A stretch of DNA of 64,000 nucleotides from Ruminococcus sp. (GTDB taxonomy: Bacteria; Bacillota; Clostridia; Oscillospirales; Ruminococcaceae), in contig JAGBNQ010000031.1 in the NCBI GenBank assembly GCA_017634275.1, forward strand, positions 3,348-67,347. Direction: 5' to 3'. Below the pieces are notes generated by a model, which saw nothing but the letters and a program-made list of their open reading frames with translations, made no database searches and was not told where the DNA came from. Position numbers and translations under genes: made by a program. Positions 37,795 through 47,947 of this stretch are shown piece by piece. Position 1 is the first letter of the stretch, and each line of letters starts with the position of its first letter.

Positions 37795-39465
37795 TTAGTT
37801 GTTGTCAAGTGCGTTGTTTATAGCGGAAACAAGTGCCTTGATAGATGAAACGATGATATCCGAATGCCTGCCGACGCCCCAGTAGGTATCGTTGCTGTCG
37901 GTAGTGATGCCGACGTAGGAAACCGCCTCGGAGGTTGACTTGCGCTCTAATGCGTGTTCGGTGTAGGTGTCGATATTGAACTTCATATCAATTACCTTTG
38001 CAAGCGAATTTGCTACCGCATCAAGTCTGCCGTTGCCGTCTGCCTGAGTTTCAACTATCTTGCCGTTAAGGCTTGTCTTTACAGCCGCGCCGATAACTCC
38101 GTCAGCCTTCTGAATGTAGTGAGCCTCCTCGATACTCAGCTTGTCAGTCTTGTTGAGGTAAGCCTCCTTGAAGATGCTGTATACCTCGTCGGGCTTAAGC
38201 TCCTTATGCGCTCTGTCGGAAACGCCCTTTACTTTGTAGCCGAAATTCTCTCTCATCTTCTTGGGCAGGTCGTAGCCGAACTGGTTCTGTAAAATAAAGC
38301 CGATACCGCCCTTGCCCGACTGCGAGTTTATCCTGATAACGTCGCCGTCATACTCTCTGCCGACATCGTGAGGGTCGATAGGAAGATAAGGAACTGTCCA
38401 CTGGTGGAGGTTCTTTTCCTTTCTCCAGTTCATGCCCTTGGCAATAGCGTCCTGATGCGAGCCCGAGAATGCTGCAAATACAAGAGCGCCGCAGTAAGGA
38501 CTTCTTACGTTTACCTTCATTCTTGTCACTCTCTCATAAAGCTCAACGAGTGAGGGCATATCCGAGAAATCAAGCTCGGGGTCAACGCCGTGGCTGAACA
38601 TATTCATAGCAAGCGTTATTATGTCAACATTACCTGTTCTTTCGCCGTTGCCAAAGCAGGTGCCCTCGATCCTGTCAGCGCCTGCGAGCAAACCTAACTC
38701 GGAGTCAGCAACAGCACTTCCTCTGTCGTTATGGGGGTGGAGAGAAACTATAACATTCTCTCTGTTATGGAGAACTGAACACATATACTCTATCTGCGAT
38801 GCATAAACGTGCGGCATACTCATCTCAACAGTGACGGGAAGGTTTATTATCACCTTATTGTCAGCATCGGGCTGCCATATGTCGATAACGGCATTGCAGA
38901 TATCGCGCGCAAATTCCATTTCAGTTCCCGTAAAGCTCTCGGGGGAGTATTCAAAGGTGATATGCCCCTTAGCCTTTTTCTTATACTCGTTGCAAAGCGT
39001 TGCGCCGTCGGTAGCTATCTTTATTATCTCTTCCTTGCTCTTTTTGAACACCTGCTCGCGCTGGGCTACAGATGTTGAGTTATAAAGGTGAACTACCGCG
39101 TGCTTAGCGCCGTCTATCGCCTCAAAGGTCTTTTTGATGATATGCTCTCTTGACTGAGTGAGCACCTGGATAGTAACATCATCGGGTATCATATTTTTCT
39201 CAATAAGTGTGCGGCAGAACTCATATTCAGTATCAGATGCCGCAGGGAAGCCTATCTCTATCTCCTTAAAGCCGATATCAACGAGCTTTTGGAAAAATTC
39301 AAGCTTTTCCTCTAAGCTCATAGGGATAATGAGCGCCTGATTTCCGTCACGCAGATCGACCGAACACCACGCAGGCGCTTTGTCGATGTATTCCTTTTTT
39401 ACCCATTCATAGCAGGGAACGGGCGGCATAAAATAGCCTCTCTTGTACTTATCAAAGTTTTTCAT
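37795..39465 (-). CDS. leuA: 2-isopropylmalate synthase
   Basis: WCSVDLRDGNQAL, FEYSPESF, SLHPHNDRG, GNGERTGN, FSGSHQDAI. Confidence 0.96.
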   Translation of the reverse strand: MKNFDKYKRGYFMPPVPCYEWVKKEYIDKAPAWCSVDLRDGNQALIIPMSLEEKLEFFQKLVDIGFKEIEIGFPAASDTEYEFCRTLIEKNMIPDDVTIQVLTQSREHIIKKTFEAIDGAKHAVVHLYNSTSVAQREQVFKKSKEEIIKIATDGATLCNEYKKKAKGHITFEYSPESFTGTEMEFARDICNAVIDIWQPDADNKVIINLPVTVEMSMPHVYASQIEYMCSVLHNRENVIVSLHPHNDRGSAVADSELGLLAGADRIEGTCFGNGERTGNVDIITLAMNMFSHGVDPELDFSDMPSLVELYERVTRMKVNVRSPYCGALVFAAFSGSHQDAIAKGMNWRKEKNLHQWTVPYLPIDPHDVGREYDGDVIRINSQSGKGGIGFILQNQFGYDLPKKMRENFGYKVKGVSDRAHKELKPDEVYSIFKEAYLNKTDKLSIEEAHYIQKADGVIGAAVKTSLNGKIVETQADGNGRLDAVANSLAKVIDMKFNIDTYTEHALERKSTSEAVSYVGITTDSNDTYWGVGRHSDIIVSSIKALVSAINNALDNN

Positions 39466-39545
39466 ATTATCTATCCTTTCAAATTGTATTGTTTTTATCT
39501 TACTATAAATGCGCTCCTGAAATAAAACGGAGTTTGCAGAGATGC

Positions 39546-39710
39546 TAAAGGGGGCATTCCGAAGGGGTTTGGGGGCACTTGCTTACTTCGTGAGCAGGCA
39601 AAGCCCCCAATGCCGCCGCAGGCGGCTTGCCCGAATGGGCATCCGTCGGCGTGAGCCGACACAATAATTATTCATTATTCACTATTCATTTTTCATTATT
39701 CATTATTAAT
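39546..39710 (-). repeat. GC-rich hairpin cluster plus heptamer array within the leuA leader
   Basis: Minus strand: (AATGAAT)n AATTATT GTGTCGGC-TCAC-GCCGACGGATG; plus strand GAAGGGGTTTGGGGGC..GCAAAGCCCCC. Confidence 0.7.
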
Positions 39711-39814
39711 AGCTTTGCTTTTCTGTAGTCGCCCTATCCCTCCATAGGAATGCAGCATGATGCAGGGCAAAAGCATATTCTGTTTTATTATCATAAGCCT
39801 GCCCCCTTCAGAAC

Positions 39815-40088
39815 AAAACAAAAAACCCCATCTTCTGCTGAAGACGAGGATAATACCCGTGTTACCACTTCATTTCATGCATATCTCACACTATACACCT
39901 TAGCCGTATCAATTAATACGCTCCTCTGTAACGTGAGAAAAACGTGCGCCGCTACTGAAATTCACGACACCTGCTCGGGGAGGAGTTATTTCCCGTTATC
40001 TCTGCCGACTCACACCAAACGCGGTAAACACCGCACCGCCGACTCTCTGAAATCAGATAAAAGGCTTTTGTTCCCTTCATAGCATTTA
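39815..40088 (-). ncRNA. T-box riboswitch (Leu) upstream of leuA
   Basis: Minus strand: CAGAGAG and GGTGTGAG stem-I motifs, CUC specifier candidate, AGTAG, T-box AATGAAGTGGTAACACGG, terminator TCTTC-AGCA-GAAGATGGGG-TTTTTT. Confidence 0.88.
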
Positions 40089-40101
40089 TCATATTAAGTT
40101 T

Positions 40102-40186
40102 ATTATATAACATATTCCTTTATTTGTCAAGTGCCAGAGAAAAATTTTTACAATTTGTTGACAGTGCCGCGTTTTGGGTGTATAAT
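40102..40186. promoter_or_regulatory. Back-to-back SigA promoters (T-box/leuA on minus, galT on plus)
   Basis: Minus TTGACA(40130)-17-TATAAT; plus TTGACA(40158)-17-TATAAT. Confidence 0.82.
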
Positions 40187-40233
40187 AATAGTGTAATGCT
40201 AATATTTAGTAAAGATTTAAGTGAGGTTTTATT

Positions 40234-41739
40234 ATGATAAATGAGAGTATAAAAAAGCTTGTTACCTACGGCCTTGAAACGGGGCTTATAACCGAGTCTG
40301 ACAGGGTTTATGCCACTAACAGACTGCTTGAGGCTTTAGGCCTTGATGATTATGAGGAGCCGCAGGGGTCTTTTGAAAATATCGATCTTGAAAGCACGCT
40401 TAAGGAGCTTTTGGATTACGCCTGCGAAAAGGGGCTTTGCGAGGATTCTGTAGTTTACCGCGACTTATTTGACACAAAGCTTATGGGGCTTTTGACTCCT
40501 CGCCCGAGCGAGGTGGATCAGAAATTCTGGTTTACTTATGACCACCCCTCGGCAGTCGCGGCAACGGATTATTTCTATAAGCTGTCACAGGATACCGACT
40601 ATATAAGGCGCTACAGGATAAAGAAGGATATGCGCTGGCTTGCGCCTACTGAGTACGGCGACCTTGACATAACGATAAACCTTTCAAAGCCCGAGAAGGA
40701 CCCGAAGGCTATCGCGGCGGCTAAGAATGCCAGACAGTCGGGCTACCCCAAATGCCTGCTATGCTATGAGAATGTAGGGTATGCAGGCAGAGTGAACCAC
40801 CCTGCAAGACAGAACCACCGCATAATCTCGCTTGAAATAAACGGCGAACAATGGGGCTTGCAGTATTCGCCGTATGTTTACTATAACGAGCATTGCATTC
40901 TCTTTAATAAAAAGCACACCCCTATGGTGATAGATAAAAAGGCTTTCGGAAAGCTTTTTGATTTTGTCAGCCAGTTCCCTCACTACTTTATCGGCTCGAA
41001 TGCCGACCTGCCGATAGTAGGCGGCTCGATACTTGCTCACGAGCATTTTCAGGGCGGCCATTATGATTTTGCAATGGCTAAAGCGCCAATTGAGAGGGAG
41101 GTAAGCTTTAAGGGCTTTGAGGACGTTAAGGCAGGTATAGTAAAATGGCCGATGTCGGTAATAAGGATAGCTGCTAAGGATAAGGAAAGGCTTATTGAGC
41201 TTGCTGACAAGATTCTTACCCTCTGGCGAGGGTATACCGATGAGGAGGCTTTCATTTTTGCCGAAACTGACGGCGAGCCGCACAACACTATAACCCCCAT
41301 AGCAAGAAAGCGCGGCGAGGATTTTGAGCTTGACCTTGTGCTTAGAAATAACATAACAACAGAGGAACACCCCCTCGGCGTTTATCACCCTCACGCAGAG
41401 CTGCACCACATAAAGAAAGAAAACATCGGTCTTATTGAGGTAATGGGGCTTGCAGTCCTCCCGTCAAGGCTTAAAAAGGAAATGGCAGACCTTGCAGATG
41501 TGATAGTGAATAAGGGCGTATCGGCTGTAAGAGAGGACGAAACGCTTAAGATACACGCTGACTGGGCAGAGGAATTCTGCGCGCGCAGAGAGGTTAACAA
41601 GGACAATGTAAACGCCGTTATTCAGGAGGAGATAGGCAAGGTGTTTGCTAAGGTGCTTGAACACGCAGGCGTTTATAAGAGAGATGAAAACGGTCAGAAA
41701 TATTTTGACAGATTTATAGGCTTTGTTAATGAAAGATAA
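40234..41739 (+). CDS. galT: UDP-glucose--hexose-1-phosphate uridylyltransferase (type II)
   Basis: ITINLSKPEKDPK, YPKCLLC, QYSPYVYYNEH, GSNADLPIVGGSILAHEHFQGG, KKENIGLIEVMGLA. Confidence 0.95.
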   Translation: MINESIKKLVTYGLETGLITESDRVYATNRLLEALGLDDYEEPQGSFENIDLESTLKELLDYACEKGLCEDSVVYRDLFDTKLMGLLTPRPSEVDQKFWFTYDHPSAVAATDYFYKLSQDTDYIRRYRIKKDMRWLAPTEYGDLDITINLSKPEKDPKAIAAAKNARQSGYPKCLLCYENVGYAGRVNHPARQNHRIISLEINGEQWGLQYSPYVYYNEHCILFNKKHTPMVIDKKAFGKLFDFVSQFPHYFIGSNADLPIVGGSILAHEHFQGGHYDFAMAKAPIEREVSFKGFEDVKAGIVKWPMSVIRIAAKDKERLIELADKILTLWRGYTDEEAFIFAETDGEPHNTITPIARKRGEDFELDLVLRNNITTEEHPLGVYHPHAELHHIKKENIGLIEVMGLAVLPSRLKKEMADLADVIVNKGVSAVREDETLKIHADWAEEFCARREVNKDNVNAVIQEEIGKVFAKVLEHAGVYKRDENGQKYFDRFIGFVNER

Positions 41740-41756
41740 GGAAGAGATTTTAGAAT

Positions 41757-42497
41757 ATGGAGCTTTTGAGTAAAAAGAAAACAGCACTTAAAATTATTCT
41801 CGGGGTCTTGCTTTTGGCGGCTTTTGTTACGGGCTCGTTTTTCTGGGTGAGGTATATAAAGGCTGTAAAGGCATACCATGTTGACCCCTTGACAGAGGAA
41901 ACATTGCTTACAAAGAACCTTATGAGCTGCAATAAGCTTATGATAGTGGCTCACCCTGATGATGACGCTATCTGGGGCGGCGCGCATCTTAAGGAGGGCG
42001 GCTACCTTGTTGTATGCATAACCAACAGCAGAAACGAAACGAGAAAGCAGGAGTTCTTTGATGCGGTAGATGCCTCGGGCAATACTCCGCTAATATTGGG
42101 CTACCCCGATAAGGTAAACGGCAAGCGTGATAACTGGGATAAGGTATACAGTAAGATAACCGATGATATAAGCTATATTATGGGCTATAAAAACTGGGAT
42201 ATGATAGTTACCCACAACCCCGACGGCGAATACGGGCATATCCACCACAAAATGACAAACGAGATAACAACTAAGGTCTACAACAGGCTAAAGCCTGCGG
42301 CTAAGCTTTACTATTTCGGCAAGTATTACAAGGCATCTCAGATCGATTCGGTAAAGGACAGCCTTACGGCGATAAGCGAGGAGGATATGGAATTTAAGGA
42401 TAAGCTGCTTGAGCATTACGAATCTCAGAGCGAAACTATAGAAAAATTCCGTCATATGCTCCCTTATGAGGAATGGACGGAGTATTCGCCTAATTAG
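41757..42497 (+). CDS. Membrane-anchored PIG-L/LmbE family deacetylase
   Basis: N-terminal TM, VAHPDDD, THNPDGEYGHIHH. Confidence 0.85.
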   Translation: MELLSKKKTALKIILGVLLLAAFVTGSFFWVRYIKAVKAYHVDPLTEETLLTKNLMSCNKLMIVAHPDDDAIWGGAHLKEGGYLVVCITNSRNETRKQEFFDAVDASGNTPLILGYPDKVNGKRDNWDKVYSKITDDISYIMGYKNWDMIVTHNPDGEYGHIHHKMTNEITTKVYNRLKPAAKLYYFGKYYKASQIDSVKDSLTAISEEDMEFKDKLLEHYESQSETIEKFRHMLPYEEWTEYSPN

Positions 42498-42518
42498 TTT
42501 TCAAAACAAAGGAGATAT

Positions 42519-45083
42519 ATGAAACATAAGCTTAATAACAATGACATCTATGCGCTTGGCGGTATAATACTGCTAAGCGCAGGTTTAATGATAGCGTGTG
42601 TGGCAAGGGGAGTTGTCTACGGCTCGACTATGGACTGGGTATCGCAGCATTACCCTATCCCCGAGTATTTTCGCACGCTTTTTTATGAAACGCACGATAT
42701 CTTTCCGTCATACGCGCCTAATATCGGCGGCGGTGAGAGTATTTACAACCTTTCCTACTACGGGCTTTTCTCGCCGCTGATAGTGCTGTCATATCTTTTC
42801 CCGTTTGTGCCTATGGGGTATTTTGTGATGATGACGGGCGTTGTGACGGTCTACGCAAGCGAGTGTATTTTTTATTTTTGGCTCAGAAAAAGCTACTGCA
42901 TAAGGGTAACGGCATTTACAACTGCGCTTTTTGCCTTTTCAATGCCGCTTATCTATCAGACACATCGGCATATAATGTTTGTGAGCTTTATGCCGTTTTT
43001 GCTTTTGTGCCTGCAGCTGACCGATGTTTACTTTGAAAAGGGAAAACGCTGGCCGCTTGTTCTGTGCGCTTTTCTGATGATAATGTGCAATTACTTTTTT
43101 GCGGTAACGGCACTTTTTGCGCTTGCGGCATACGGCTTTGTAAAGGTCATAGACAAGGGCGGCAGCTTTAAGGATAAATTAAAAAGCTTTTTTCCTTACA
43201 TCTGCCTGCTTTTTATAAGCGTGCTTATGGCTGCGGTGCTTTTGCTGCCGACGGCCTACTGCCTGTTTTCGGGGCGAGATGAGGGAAATGTAAAGCTTAG
43301 CATCATAGAATTTCTGCCAAGCGTGCGGCTTGACTGGCTTACCTATTACAGCTACTCTATGGGGCTTACGGGCTTTGGGGTCTATGCCCTTGTTTACTGC
43401 ATTTTCAACATTAAGGGCTCAAAGCGTTTTATATCTGTTCTGACATTGCTTTTTGCGGTGCTGCCGATACTTGTATTTATGCTAAACGGCGGACTTTATT
43501 TTGACTCAAAGGTTCTGTTTTCTTTCCTGCCGCTTGCACTCACCGTTGTGGCATGGCTTATCAACGATATTCTTAAAAACGGTGCGCAAAGAATGCTTTA
43601 TCCGCTGCCCGTGTTTGTTATAGGCTCGTTATTGGCTTATGTGGTGGGCGAGCGCGCTATATCAATGAAACTTTATCTTGTTGACGCGGCGATAACGGCT
43701 ATTATAATACTTGTGCTGAGAAAGCGGCATAATGTGTATATTTGCAGCTTGTTTTTAGTTATAGCGGTCATTGGCTGCGCTGCAAAAAACAGCCACGATC
43801 AAATGGTAAAGACAAGTGTATACGATCTGATAGAAAGCAAGGATATCGCAGAGCTTATATCAGATGAGGAGAGTGACACATTAACAAGAACGGCAATTGA
43901 TCTAAGGCGCGTTGATACGCCTAACAAGATATATACAGCATCGCATTATCAGGACAGCATATATTCATCTGTTCACTCAAAGGATTATAACAGCTTTTAC
44001 TTTAATGAGATGTATAATGAGAATGAATTCCGAAATTCTGCCCTTACCACGAGGAGCAAGAATATAATATTTAACTGCTATATGGGCGACGGCTATTTTG
44101 TTTCGGAAAAGCCACTTTACAGCTACGGGCTTGAGCTTGTTAAAAAAACCGAGAGCGGCTATTATCTTTACAAAAACGAAAACGCGCTGCCGTTTATGTA
44201 CCATACAAACAGGCTTATGAGCAAGAGGGAATATGATACCCTTGATTACCCTGCGAATATAGAGGCGCTGACAAAATACACGGTAATTGATGAGGATATC
44301 CCCGACACGGGCTTTAAAACGGCGTTTGAAAAGGTAGATGCCCGTGATATATTTGATATCGGTGATATTTTGCCGAGGTATGACTCCTGCGAGCTTGATG
44401 ATAAGGGAGTAAGGCATATAACGCTCAATGACCAGCGCTTTACATTCCGTGCAAAGCTGCCCGAAGAATGTAAGGATAAGATAGTACTGATAAGGTTTCA
44501 CATAAATAACCCACAGGAGGGCATAGTTCCCGGGTTCGATAAGGAAACCGATGACTCGGTGACGATCAACGGCATAAAAAACAAGATATCAAACCCCGAT
44601 TGGAGATATTTTAACAACAACAGATATTTTGAGTACGTTTTATCGGACTTTAAAGATACCCTTGACATTGAGATGAGGGGCTATGTTTTTGAGCTTTCGG
44701 AATTTGAAATGTATATAGCAGACCCCGAGGTCATCGACAATATGAGCGATGGGCTGACGGCGTTTGAGTTTGACACAGATAAAACAAAGGGCGATATTAT
44801 CAAGGGCACTATCACTGCGCCCGATGACGGGTTTGTCACATCAAGCTTTGTTTACCACGAGGGCTTTATGGTCATGGTAGACGGCGAGCAGGTCACTCCC
44901 GTTAAGACCGACACGGCATTTTTAGGCTTTAAGGTAAGTAAAGGCACTCACGATATCAGCATAACGTTTTGCGCGCCCTGGCAAAAAGCAGGCATCGCCG
45001 TGAGCGGTGTGGGCTTTGCGGTATTTATAGCAGTAATCATACTTGATGTCAGAAAGAGAAAAGCGGCACTCGTTAAACAATGA
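42519..45083 (+). CDS. YfhO family membrane protein (second copy)
   Basis: DWVSQH, YYGLFSP, many TMs, C-terminal GFMVMVDG..FLGFKV..G.H.I. Confidence 0.8.
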   Translation: MKHKLNNNDIYALGGIILLSAGLMIACVARGVVYGSTMDWVSQHYPIPEYFRTLFYETHDIFPSYAPNIGGGESIYNLSYYGLFSPLIVLSYLFPFVPMGYFVMMTGVVTVYASECIFYFWLRKSYCIRVTAFTTALFAFSMPLIYQTHRHIMFVSFMPFLLLCLQLTDVYFEKGKRWPLVLCAFLMIMCNYFFAVTALFALAAYGFVKVIDKGGSFKDKLKSFFPYICLLFISVLMAAVLLLPTAYCLFSGRDEGNVKLSIIEFLPSVRLDWLTYYSYSMGLTGFGVYALVYCIFNIKGSKRFISVLTLLFAVLPILVFMLNGGLYFDSKVLFSFLPLALTVVAWLINDILKNGAQRMLYPLPVFVIGSLLAYVVGERAISMKLYLVDAAITAIIILVLRKRHNVYICSLFLVIAVIGCAAKNSHDQMVKTSVYDLIESKDIAELISDEESDTLTRTAIDLRRVDTPNKIYTASHYQDSIYSSVHSKDYNSFYFNEMYNENEFRNSALTTRSKNIIFNCYMGDGYFVSEKPLYSYGLELVKKTESGYYLYKNENALPFMYHTNRLMSKREYDTLDYPANIEALTKYTVIDEDIPDTGFKTAFEKVDARDIFDIGDILPRYDSCELDDKGVRHITLNDQRFTFRAKLPEECKDKIVLIRFHINNPQEGIVPGFDKETDDSVTINGIKNKISNPDWRYFNNNRYFEYVLSDFKDTLDIEMRGYVFELSEFEMYIADPEVIDNMSDGLTAFEFDTDKTKGDIIKGTITAPDDGFVTSSFVYHEGFMVMVDGEQVTPVKTDTAFLGFKVSKGTHDISITFCAPWQKAGIAVSGVGFAVFIAVIILDVRKRKAALVKQ

Positions 45084-45153
45084 TAAAGGTGTGAGATGTT
45101 GCCTAAAAAGAAAAAGACCCGGGTGGAGCAAAGCTCCTTCCGGGTGAAATTTT

Positions 45154-45657
45154 TTATATACTCTTTATTATCCACGGGATAAGGTATGAAACCACGCACA
45201 TAATAACAGTTGCAAGGATAAGCCCTAAAAATATCGGCAAAACAGCCTTTTTTGGCTTGATATCAAGCAGCACTGCGATAAGCGAGCCCGTCCATGCACC
45301 CGTTCCGGGGAGCGGTATTCCTACAAATAAAAGCAGACCCCAGAATTCATATTTTTTTATCCTGTCGGATTTTTCAAGGGACTTTTTCTCTATCTTTTCA
45401 ACTATTTTCCCCATAAACTTTGTCTTTTTAAGCACCCTGAAAATAGGCTCGATAAAAAGCATTATAAACGGTATCGGGATAATGTTTCCGATAATGCAAA
45501 TGGGGATAGCCTTGACTATGCTGACCCCTAAAAGCGAGGCCGCGACTATTCCGCCCCTGAGTTCTAAGACGGGAACCATTGAGATGATAAAGATTATCAG
45601 CTCCTTAGGCAGCCCTGCGAGCGTTTCGGTAAAAAAGTTTATCAGAGTATCAGTCAT
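45154..45657 (-). CDS. COG2426 small multidrug export family protein
   Basis: SMVPVLELRGGI, FVGIPLPGTGAWTG. Confidence 0.88.
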   Translation of the reverse strand: MTDTLINFFTETLAGLPKELIIFIISMVPVLELRGGIVAASLLGVSIVKAIPICIIGNIIPIPFIMLFIEPIFRVLKKTKFMGKIVEKIEKKSLEKSDRIKKYEFWGLLLFVGIPLPGTGAWTGSLIAVLLDIKPKKAVLPIFLGLILATVIMCVVSYLIPWIIKSI

Positions 45658-46558
45658 TGTCAGTTGTCCTTTCATTTGTTGCTTGTTCGGGCTGTTCTGT
45701 CTGTTCTGTCTGTTCTGTCTGTTCGGGCTCGTCGTCCTCAGACTTTGGCAAAGCCATGCGCTGCTCGTATTTTTCTATAAGCGTTAACAGCTTTGCGAGG
45801 TTTTTTTCCTCATTTTTGGTGACAACGGCCTCTCCTGCCTCGTTGGCAAGGGCTTTGGCATCATTTACTTTGCCTTCCTTTAACGCGCACAGCGCTAAGT
45901 AAAGGTCACAATCGCAAACGTTTCTGTCGCTGTCATCATTAGTTCTTGACTGCAAGAGGTAGGAGCGCGCCTTGCCCAAATTGCCCTTTGCATACTCAAA
46001 AACGCCCAAGGTGTGCAGTACCGAGGGGGCAGGGTCTTTAAAATAAGGCAGCGCCTCGCTGTAGACCCTTTTTGCATTTTCAATATCGCCCATTTGCAGG
46101 TAGGTATACATATACGCATTAAAATACTCCTGCATAAGCTCATTAGGCAGCTCGTTAAAATCAGTTTTCCCGAGCGTTTCAAGAGCATCGTCATACCGCT
46201 CGTTTTCGGTGTATAAAGCGCTCAGTATGAGCATATAGGTGTTTTTCTTGTGTTCATCATGCGTTTTGGCGGCCTTGTGCCTTACAAGCTCAAAGGCCTC
46301 GTCAATATTCTCTCCATGCTTTGACAGCCTTAAGGCTTTGTTTATCGGGTGATTGTCGCAAAGCGAATAGATAAGCCTTACCAAAGCCGCGGCAAAAGCG
46401 CCGAGAGCCGAGCCTATTCTCAGGATACGAAGGCATTTATCCGCATTCGGCTTATCCTCTGAAAAAAACCATACGGCTGCCATTGCAAAAAAGCCGAGAA
46501 TTATACCCACGCACACGCAGATAATTATGCTTTTTAGAATATATACACCCTTTTTCAA
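45650..46558 (-). CDS. Membrane protein with TPR-like helical repeats
   Basis: Two N-terminal TMs, TPR-like A/L/Y patterns, EQT repeat tail; TTG start. Confidence 0.7.
   Translation of the reverse strand: MKKGVYILKSIIICVCVGIILGFFAMAAVWFFSEDKPNADKCLRILRIGSALGAFAAALVRLIYSLCDNHPINKALRLSKHGENIDEAFELVRHKAAKTHDEHKKNTYMLILSALYTENERYDDALETLGKTDFNELPNELMQEYFNAYMYTYLQMGDIENAKRVYSEALPYFKDPAPSVLHTLGVFEYAKGNLGKARSYLLQSRTNDDSDRNVCDCDLYLALCALKEGKVNDAKALANEAGEAVVTKNEEKNLAKLLTLIEKYEQRMALPKSEDDEPEQTEQTEQTEQPEQATNERTTDND
45683..45729. repeat. 9-bp coding tandem repeat (CTGTTCTGT; EQT/EQP)
   Basis: About five units encoding PEQTEQTEQTEQPEQ. Confidence 0.8.
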
Positions 46559-46643
46559 ACGCTCACCGCCTTACATTTAAACTCACTTAATAAGAATAGC
46601 ACAATTTGAGGTAAAAGTCAATCTTAAATTAAACGATTAAGTG

Positions 46644-46672
46644 TTGACTTTTGGTAAATAATTTGGTATAAT
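46644..46672 (+). promoter_or_regulatory. SigA promoter
   Basis: TTGACT-17-TATAAT. Confidence 0.75.
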
Positions 46673-46707
46673 AAAAACAGTTATCATTGACAGGAAGGGA
46701 GATATTG

Positions 46708-47709
46708 ATGAAAAAGCTGCTTTTTGTTTTTAACCCTCACGCAGGTAAGGGAATGATAAAGAATAATCTTTGCGATATAATAGATATTTTCACTAAACAC
46801 GGCTATGATGTAACGGCTTACCCCACGCAGGCACCGCTTGACGGCTATCAGAAGATAGTTTCCGACGCAGGCGGTTATGATGTTGTAGTCACCTCCGGCG
46901 GTGACGGAACACTTTCCGAGGCGGTAAAGGGGCTTATGCATTATAAGGAAAAAATACCGCTCGGTTATATCCCGGCAGGCTCGACAAACGATTTCGCTGC
47001 AAGTATGTCACTTAGCAAGAAAATGAAGGACGCTGCCGAGGAGATAATGGACGGTGTGTTCTTTGATTATGATATAGGTGACTTTAACGGCAATAACTTT
47101 GTATATGTTGCGGCTTTCGGCGCGTTTACCGATGTTTCCTATCAGACACCGCAGTGGTCAAAAAATATGTTGGGGCACGCGGCATATCTGCTTGAGGGAA
47201 TAAGAAGGCTGCCGAAGATCACGGGCTATCAGGTAAGGGTAGAGCATGACGGCGAGGTGATAGAGGGGAAATTTGTCTACGGAATGGTGTCAAATACCAT
47301 ATCGGTAGGCGGCATGAAAAAGCTTATTGCTGACGGCGTTTGCTTTGATGACGGGCTTTTTGAGATAACGCTCATCAAAATGCCGCAGAATGCCATTGAG
47401 CTTTCAAACACGCTTACCGAGGCAGCGCTTGACATATTCAACGAAAAATGTATAGTTACATTCAAGACCTCAAAGGTGAGATTTATTTCAAACGACGAGA
47501 TCGCCTGGACGCTTGACGGCGAGGCAGGCGGTGCATTCAAAGAGGTCGAGATAAAAAATATCAAGCAGGCGATACGCTTTCTTGTCAAGCCCGACTCAAA
47601 GACAGCCGAGCAGGACGCACTCCTCGGCAGGGTGACAAACACCGTGCAGGAAAAGCCCGAGATAGGCTGGGATAATATTTTTGAGGATCAGGAATTCATT
47701 GACAACTAA
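46708..47709 (+). CDS. Diacylglycerol kinase family lipid kinase (YegS/DagK)
   Basis: NPHAGKG, GGDGTLSE, IPAGSTNDFA, DDGLF, LDGE. Confidence 0.9.
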   Translation: MKKLLFVFNPHAGKGMIKNNLCDIIDIFTKHGYDVTAYPTQAPLDGYQKIVSDAGGYDVVVTSGGDGTLSEAVKGLMHYKEKIPLGYIPAGSTNDFAASMSLSKKMKDAAEEIMDGVFFDYDIGDFNGNNFVYVAAFGAFTDVSYQTPQWSKNMLGHAAYLLEGIRRLPKITGYQVRVEHDGEVIEGKFVYGMVSNTISVGGMKKLIADGVCFDDGLFEITLIKMPQNAIELSNTLTEAALDIFNEKCIVTFKTSKVRFISNDEIAWTLDGEAGGAFKEVEIKNIKQAIRFLVKPDSKTAEQDALLGRVTNTVQEKPEIGWDNIFEDQEFIDN

Positions 47710-47748
47710 CACAAAGCAGTCCATAATTTTGGGCTGCTTTTGTGTTAA
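47707..47748. terminator. Bidirectional terminator
   Basis: TAACACAAAGCAGTCC..GGGCTGCTTTTGTGTTA. Confidence 0.7.
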
Positions 47749-47762
47749 TGGTAAGATAAATT

Positions 47763-47905
47763 GGGGTTTGGCGAAGGGGCTCGGGGGCGACCGCAAAGCC
47801 CCCCGAAAAAGCCCCTCGGAGCGATGAACATAATCTTAGCTCAACGCTCGGAATAGCTCTACCTAACCCCCCAGCCCCCTTCCCTTCAAAGGGAAGGGGG
47901 AGTGC
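47763..47905. repeat. GC-rich REP-like hairpin cluster
   Basis: GAAGGGGCTCGGGGGC..GCAAAGCCCCCCGA and CCCCCTTCCC-TTCAAA-GGGAAGGGGG. Confidence 0.6.
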
Positions 47906-47947
47906 CAAACTCCGGTTTATCTCGGGAACAATTTTATGATAATAGGA

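Noticed and set aside
39750-40082. 110-aa ORF upstream of galT
   Set aside because: It is the antisense of the T-box riboswitch
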